UHGV virus genome: UHGV-1732475
Source of the DNA: a virus
DNA: 13,357 bases
Reading direction: 5' to 3' (one strand)
Shown one piece after another: positions 8,337 through 13,357 of this stretch (the first letter of the stretch is position 1; each line of letters begins with the position of its first letter). Below the pieces are notes generated by a model. It ran no database searches, was not told the DNA's origin, and saw nothing but the letters and a program-made list of their open reading frames with translations. Both the position numbers and the translations under genes were made by a program.

Positions 8337-9080
8337 ATGACCACACCAAATCCACTGGCAAAGACGAAAGGTGCGGGGACGACGTTCTGGATGTATACCG
8401 GCAACGGCGATGCGTTTGCGAATCCTTTGTCGGACACTGACTGGCTGCGTCTTGCGATGGTGAAGGATCTGCAACCTGGCGAAATGACCGCTGATGCAGA
8501 AGATGACACTTATCTCGATGATGAAGATGCAGACTGGAAAACGACAACCCAGGGGCAGAAATCCGTTGGTGATACTTCGGCGACGCTGGCCTGGCGTCCG
8601 GGTGACAGCGGGCAGAAAAAACTGGTTCAGTTGTTCGACTCCGGTGAAGTCTGCGCGTTTCGTATCAAATATCCCAACGGTACTGTTGATGTTTTCCGTG
8701 GCTGGCTGAGTTCACTGGGTAAAACCATTGCCTCAAAAGACGTGATGACCCGCACAGTGAAAATCAGCGGTGTGGGGCGTCCGTATCTGGCAGAGGAAGG
8801 CACTGAAACAGTGAGCGTTACCGGGCTGACGGTGGCACCGGCATCTGCCAGTGTAAAAGTGGGAGCAACCACCACGCTGACCTTTACAGTAAAACCTGAC
8901 GGAGCCAGTGACAAAGCGATCAGTGTGCATTCGACAGATCCACAGACTGCCACGGTGACCCTGAACGGGCTTGTGGCCACGGTGAAAGGCGTGAAGCAGG
9001 GCAGTGTCAGCATTGTGGGCATGACTTCTGACGGCGATTTTGTGGCAGTGGCTGCGGTGGCTGTCAGCGCCGCAGGTTAA
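8337..9080 (+). CDS. V: Major tail protein, lambda gpV-like (247 aa) with a C-terminal Big_2-type Ig-like domain
   Basis: AAGGAGGTG SD before the ATG at 8337. Long identical runs with lambda V as recalled (KGAGTT, GDP/AFANPLSD, SYLDDEDADW, FPNGTVDVFRGW). The C-terminal roughly 90 aa are Thr/Val/Ala-rich and Ig-like. The track start at 8262 lies inside U. Confidence 0.9.
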   Translation: MTTPNPLAKTKGAGTTFWMYTGNGDAFANPLSDTDWLRLAMVKDLQPGEMTADAEDDTYLDDEDADWKTTTQGQKSVGDTSATLAWRPGDSGQKKLVQLFDSGEVCAFRIKYPNGTVDVFRGWLSSLGKTIASKDVMTRTVKISGVGRPYLAEEGTETVSVTGLTVAPASASVKVGATTTLTFTVKPDGASDKAISVHSTDPQTATVTLNGLVATVKGVKQGSVSIVGMTSDGDFVAVAAVAVSAAG

Positions 9081-9100
9081 CAGGACGATACTCATCATTT

Positions 9101-9124
9101 GCCCCGGTTATTCGGGGCTTTTTT
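9101..9124 (+). terminator. Candidate intrinsic terminator between V and G
   Basis: GCCCCG (9101..9106) pairs with CGGGGC (9113..9118) around a GTTATT loop, followed by TTTTTT at 9119..9124. It lies 20 nt after the V stop and 14 nt before the G start. Confidence 0.6.
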
Positions 9125-9137
9125 ACAGGTGGAGAAC

Positions 9138-9527
9138 ATGATGTTTCTGAAACAGGACACGTTTAATTATGAAAAACAGTCCGTGGTGCTCAGTGAGCTG
9201 TCCGGGCTGCAGAGAATTGAATATCTGACGTTTGTTCAGCAGCGAACGGCAAAGTTTGATGCCGGGGAGGGAGAACTGCCGGAGGCTGAACGACAGATTG
9301 CTTTTCTGCGGATGGGGATGGATATCAATGCCTGGCTGGTTTCCCGCTCACTGTGGAATGCGGAACAGTCTCAGGATGTTGAGACGCTTTACGCATCCGT
9401 TATTACAACATGGTCGTATGATGCCCTGGGAGCGGGGGCGGAGATGGTTCTGTCGCTGAGCGGTATGGGAGCCATTGAGAATGCCGGGGATTTGGAGCAT
9501 GAGGTGCTGACGCCGGAAAAGTCCTGA
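9138..9527 (+). CDS. G: Tail assembly chaperone, lambda gpG-like (about 129 aa)
   Basis: Tandem ATG codons at 9138 and 9141 after a GGAG SD; either could be the start. The N-terminus MFLKQDTF...VLSELSGLQRIEYL resembles lambda G (MFLKTESF...TLSELSALQRIEHL). Stop TGA at 9525..9527. Confidence 0.8.
   Translation: MMFLKQDTFNYEKQSVVLSELSGLQRIEYLTFVQQRTAKFDAGEGELPEAERQIAFLRMGMDINAWLVSRSLWNAEQSQDVETLYASVITTWSYDALGAGAEMVLSLSGMGAIENAGDLEHEVLTPEKS
9515..9521 (+). other. Putative -1 programmed frameshift slippery heptamer G_GAA_AAG for the G-T fusion
   Basis: Zero-frame codons are CCG GAA AAG TCC TGA. The -1 frame is open from 9503 through 9853, so the shift must occur within 9503..9524. GGAAAAG is the only slippery-looking heptamer there and differs by one base from lambda's GGGAAAG. 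Confidence 0.45.
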
Positions 9528-9853
9528 CGCGGGAAATGCAGTTTGTCATGCGGCTTGCCCGGGAGTTCCGGCGGGCAGACTGGCGGCGGATGCTGTCGGA
9601 AATGTCGGCCACTGAGCTTGGTGAGTGGGGCGATTATTTCCGGATGCAGAGCTTCAGTGATGTGTGGATGGATGCGCAGTTTGCCTCGCTGAAGGCATTG
9701 ATCGTGAGAATGGTGTCCGGCAGCAGTGATGCTGCGGTGGCTGATTTCAGCCTTTTACCGGAAGAGAACGGGATACCGGAGCGAACGGACGAAGAACTGA
9801 TGCATCTTGGGGAAGGTATTTCCGGAGGTGTGCGTTATGGACCAGATAGCTAA
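9521..9853 (+). CDS. T: T-like C-terminal extension reached by -1 frameshift from G, giving a G-T fusion of about 237 aa
   Basis: The ORF track shows 9536..9853 in the -1 frame relative to G, and that frame is open back to 9503. The position between G and the tape measure gene, with a 17-nt overlap onto the tape measure start, matches the conserved G/GT arrangement in long-tailed phages. Confidence 0.7.
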   Translation, partial: VLTREMQFVMRLAREFRRADWRRMLSEMSATELGEWGDYFRMQSFSDVWMDAQFASLKALIVRMVSGSSDAAVADFSLLPEENGIPERTDEELMHLGEGISGGVRYGPDS

Positions 9854-12800
9854 CCTGGTCATTGATTTGGGGATTGATGCGGCAGAGTTTAAAAATGAAA
9901 TTCCCCGTATCAAAAACCTTCTGAATGGTGCAGCCAGCGATGCAGAACGGTCTTCTGCCCGTATGCAGCGTTTTATGGAGCGTCAGACTCAGGCCGCCCG
10001 GCAGACAACGCAGGCGGCGTCTTCGGCTGCAACAGCCGCATCCGTCCATGCGCAGACGGTGGAGAAGAACGCACAGGCTCATGAACGCATGGCCCGCGAG
10101 GTGGAGAAAACCCGCCAGCGTATGGAGGCACTGAGCCAGAAAATACGCGAGGAACAGGCGCAGGCCATGGCTCTGGCGGAGGCTCAGGATAAAGCGGCTG
10201 CCGCGTTTTATCGTCAGATTGACAGTGTGAAACAGGCCAGTGCGGGGCTGCAGGAATTACAGCGTATTCAGCAGCAGATCCGACAGGCCAGAAACAGTGG
10301 CGGGATTGGTCAGCAGGATTATCTGGCGCTGATTTCTGAGGTTACGGCGAAAACCCGTGTTCTTACACAGGCTGAGGAAGAGGCTACCCGACAGAAAGTG
10401 GCGTTTATCCGTCAGCTTAAAGAGCAGGCAACCCGCCAGAATCTTTCTTCTTCTGAGTTGCTTCGTGCCAGGGCTGCCCAGCTGGGGGTAAGCAGTGCTG
10501 CAGAAGTGTATATCCGCAAAATGGAGCAGGCAGGAAAAGCCACGCATTCGCTGGGTCTGAAAAGTGCAGCGGCCCGTCAGGAGATAGGCGTTCTGATAGG
10601 TGAACTGGCCCGCGGAAATTTAGGTGCGCTGAGGGGATCCGGAATAACGCTGGCTAACCGTGCCGGGTGGATAGACACACTGATGTCACCGAAAGGCATG
10701 ATGCTTGGCGGGGTTATTGGCGGTATTGCCGCGGCCGTCTATGGTCTGGGTAAAGCCTGGTATGACGGTCAGAAGGAGGGGGAAGAATTTAACCGCCAGC
10801 TGTCACTGACGGGGCATTATGCCGGAGTCACTGCCGGGCAGCTGTGGACGCTCAGTCGTGCTATTTCCGGGAATGGTATCACGCAACATGCTGCAGTCGG
10901 TGCGCTGGCTCAGGTGGTGGGGAGTGGTGCATTTCGTGGAAACGATATCGGTATGGTGGCGAGAGCTGCCGCACAGATGGAGCGATCGGTTGGCCAGTCG
11001 GTCAGCGATACCATAAGTCAGTTTAAGCGGCTGAAGGATGATCCTGTAAATGCCGCGAAGGCTCTGGACAATGAGCTGCATTTTCTTACTGCCACTCAGC
11101 TTGAGCAGATACGCGTCCTTGGGGAACAGGGGCGGTCCAGTGATGCGGCACGGATAGCCATGTCTGCACTGGCAGAGGAAACCGGTCGACGTACTGCGGA
11201 TATTGATAATAACCTCAATGCGCTGGGCAGTACGCTGAAGTATCTGTCTGATTTATGGAGTCGTTTCTGGGATGCGGCCATGAATATTGGTCGTGAAGAT
11301 TCGCTGGATGCGCAGATTGCCACTTTGCAGGAGAAAGTGTCGCGGGCGAAAAGACTCCCCTGGACGGCATCATCTTCTCAGGTTGAATACGATCAGCAGC
11401 GTCTTAACGATCTTCAGGAGAAAAAACGCCAGAAGGATTTGCAGGATGCAAAAGAGCAGGCAGAGCGGAATTATCAGGAGCAACAGAAACGCCGTAATGC
11501 TGAAAATGCTGCACTGAACCGGATGAATGAAACGGAAGCTGCACGACATCAGCGTGAAATTGCGCGTATTAATGCCATGCAGTACGCCGATCAGGCTGTC
11601 AGGGATGCGGCGATACAACGTGAAAATGAACGTTACGAGAAAGCCCTGGCATCCGGTAAGAAAAAAACACGCGAAACCCGTAATGATGAGGCCACCCGGT
11701 TATTGCTGCAGTACAGCCAGCAACAGGCACAGGTGGAAGGACAGATTGCTGCTGCAAGACAGTCAGCAGGCATTGCCACTGACAGGATGACAGAAGCGCA
11801 TAAACAGCTTCTGGCTCTGCAGCAGCGCATCAGCGATCTGGACGGGAAAAAACTGACGGCAGATGAAAAGAGTGTGCTGGCCCGTAAAGATGAACTGATT
11901 CAGGCACTGACGCTGCTGGATGTAAAACAGCAGGAGCTTCAGAAACAGACGGCACTCAACGATCTGAAGAAAAAAACAATTCAGCTGACCAGTCAACTGG
12001 CTGAAGAAGAGCGCGCTCAGCGTCAGCAACATGACCAGGATATCGCCACGGTGGGTATGGGTGATCAGCAGCGGCAGCGATATCAGGTACAACTGAGTCT
12101 TCGCCAGAAATACCAGCAACAGCTGGAGCAGTTGAGGCGGGATAGTGAGCAGAAAGGGACATATAACACGGATGACTACAGAAAGGCCGAGCAGGCGCTG
12201 ACGGAGAGCCTGAACCGACAACTGAATGAGAATCGCCGTTACTGGCAACAGCTTGAAATTGCTCAGGGTAACTGGAAAAACGGAGTCCTGCGTGCATTTC
12301 AGGATTTTACCGTGGATGCAGATAATACGGCAGAAACAGCAGAACAGGTGTTCTCGTCAGCCTTCAGCAACATGGGAAATGGCCTGGCAACTTTTGTCAC
12401 TACCGGCAAACTCAATTTCAAATCCTTCACCTCTTCTGTGCTGTCAGATATGGCGAAAATCCTGGCGCAGGCAACCATGATGAAATCGATAAAAGGGATT
12501 GGCAGTGTACTGGGATTTGATCTCAGCAGCCTTTCCCTGAATGCCAATGGGGGGATTTATCAGTCTGCTGATTTGAGTCGTTACAGTGGCACGGTGGTTA
12601 ACCGTCCGACGTTTTTTGCTTTTGCAAAAGGCGCGGGTGTGATGGGGGAAGCTGGACCTGAAGCCATTCTGCCACTGCGTCGTGGTGCTGACGGTAAGCT
12701 GGGGGTTGTGGCGGATATTGGTGGTTCAGGTATGGCGATGTTTGCCCCGCAGTACAACATCGAGATCAATAACGATGGCACGAACGGGCAGATAGGTCCG

Positions 12801-12902
12801 GCTGCCCTGAAGGTGGTTTATGACCTTGGGAAAAAAGCGGCAGCGGACTTTATGCAACAGCAGGCCCGTGATGGTGGTCGGTTAAGTGGAGCATATCGGT
12901 AA
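9837..12902 (+). CDS. H: Tail tape measure protein, lambda gpH-like (1021 aa)
   Basis: GGAGG SD 8 nt before the ATG at 9837; the track start at 9807 is a TTG. N-terminus MDQIANLVIDLGIDAAEF resembles lambda H (LVVDLSLDAARF). Long Gln/Ala/Glu/Arg-rich coiled-coil body, an internal hydrophobic segment, and a C-terminus with NNDGTNGQIGPAALK.VYD matching lambda H. Confidence 0.9.
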   Translation: MDQIANLVIDLGIDAAEFKNEIPRIKNLLNGAASDAERSSARMQRFMERQTQAARQTTQAASSAATAASVHAQTVEKNAQAHERMAREVEKTRQRMEALSQKIREEQAQAMALAEAQDKAAAAFYRQIDSVKQASAGLQELQRIQQQIRQARNSGGIGQQDYLALISEVTAKTRVLTQAEEEATRQKVAFIRQLKEQATRQNLSSSELLRARAAQLGVSSAAEVYIRKMEQAGKATHSLGLKSAAARQEIGVLIGELARGNLGALRGSGITLANRAGWIDTLMSPKGMMLGGVIGGIAAAVYGLGKAWYDGQKEGEEFNRQLSLTGHYAGVTAGQLWTLSRAISGNGITQHAAVGALAQVVGSGAFRGNDIGMVARAAAQMERSVGQSVSDTISQFKRLKDDPVNAAKALDNELHFLTATQLEQIRVLGEQGRSSDAARIAMSALAEETGRRTADIDNNLNALGSTLKYLSDLWSRFWDAAMNIGREDSLDAQIATLQEKVSRAKRLPWTASSSQVEYDQQRLNDLQEKKRQKDLQDAKEQAERNYQEQQKRRNAENAALNRMNETEAARHQREIARINAMQYADQAVRDAAIQRENERYEKALASGKKKTRETRNDEATRLLLQYSQQQAQVEGQIAAARQSAGIATDRMTEAHKQLLALQQRISDLDGKKLTADEKSVLARKDELIQALTLLDVKQQELQKQTALNDLKKKTIQLTSQLAEEERAQRQQHDQDIATVGMGDQQRQRYQVQLSLRQKYQQQLEQLRRDSEQKGTYNTDDYRKAEQALTESLNRQLNENRRYWQQLEIAQGNWKNGVLRAFQDFTVDADNTAETAEQVFSSAFSNMGNGLATFVTTGKLNFKSFTSSVLSDMAKILAQATMMKSIKGIGSVLGFDLSSLSLNANGGIYQSADLSRYSGTVVNRPTFFAFAKGAGVMGEAGPEAILPLRRGADGKLGVVADIGGSGMAMFAPQYNIEINNDGTNGQIGPAALKVVYDLGKKAAADFMQQQARDGGRLSGAYR

Positions 12903-13231
12903 TGGAGACGTTTCACTGGAAAGTGCGCCCGGATATGAATGTGGTATCAGAGCCGAAAGTGGTGACAGTGAAGCTGGGCGATGGTTATGAACAGCGTCGT
13001 GCGGCGGGACTGAATAACCAGTTGTCGACTTACAGCGTGACGATACGTGTTCGTAAATGTGAACACCCATCTTTGAAAGCCTTTCTGGAACGGCACGGTG
13101 GCGTCCGCGCATTTCAGTGGACGCCACCTTATGACTGGAAGCCGATCAGGGTGGTTTGTCGTAAATGGTCGGCAAGCGTGGGGGCGCTGTGGGTAACCAT
13201 AACGGCAGATTTTGAACAGGTCGTGGCATAG
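12902..13231 (+). CDS. M: Minor tail protein, lambda gpM-like (109 aa)
   Basis: Start overlaps the tape measure stop (TAATG). Very close recalled match to lambda M (TFRWKV.P.M.V, VKLGDGY.QR..AGLN, TYSVT, HGG, WTPPY.W, AEFEQVV). Confidence 0.9.
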   Translation: METFHWKVRPDMNVVSEPKVVTVKLGDGYEQRRAAGLNNQLSTYSVTIRVRKCEHPSLKAFLERHGGVRAFQWTPPYDWKPIRVVCRKWSASVGALWVTITADFEQVVA

Positions 13232-13240
13232 GAGGCCCTG

Positions 13241-13357
13241 ATGCAGGATATTCCACAGGAAACACATCATGAGACGACACGCCTCACTCAGTCAGCCCAG
13301 GTGGTGCTCTGGGAAATCGATCTGACAGAGGTCGGTGGTGAACGTTATTTTTTCTGT
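13241..13357 (+). CDS. L: Minor tail protein, lambda gpL-like, 5' partial (39 codons before the window ends)
   Basis: GGAGG SD at 13231..13235 before the ATG. MQDIPQETHHETTRLTQSAQVVLWEIDLTEVGGERYFFC is nearly identical to the lambda L N-terminus as recalled. Confidence 0.9.
   Translation, partial: MQDIPQETHHETTRLTQSAQVVLWEIDLTEVGGERYFFC

Noticed and set aside
9099-9137. TTG-initiated start at 9099 for the G-like ORF
   Set aside because: This segment coincides with the terminator hairpin and T-tract. The ATG pair at 9138 and 9141 follows an SD and matches the lambda G N-terminus.
1-13357. Search for CRISPR arrays, tRNA or rRNA genes, toxin-antitoxin pairs or an embedded defence system
   Set aside because: No spaced direct-repeat array or tRNA-like structure was seen by eye. 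All coding space is accounted for by IS66 and tightly packed phage structural genes; intergenic gaps are 86 nt or less. This was a manual scan, so short elements could have been missed.

Overview
This window is the head-to-tail structural (late) module of a lambdoid, Gifsy-like prophage on the + strand, preceded by a complete IS66-family insertion sequence (about 56..2754). The IS carries the usual three genes (orf1 HTH protein, orf2, DDE transposase) and abuts what looks like the 3' end of the terminase large-subunit gene, so the prophage is probably packaging-defective. Downstream genes follow lambda order: W-like, portal, a fused protease-scaffold-major capsid gene, a small head protein, FII-like, Z, U, V, G with a -1 frame T extension, tape measure H, M and the start of L. 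Homolog calls rest on recalled similarity to lambda proteins and on synteny, not on a database search. I found no tRNA, rRNA or CRISPR array, and no unassigned coding space that could hold a novel multi-gene system. The findings are therefore architectural details (IS junction without a target-site duplication, a non-canonical G/T slippery site, intra-operon terminators), not a new system.
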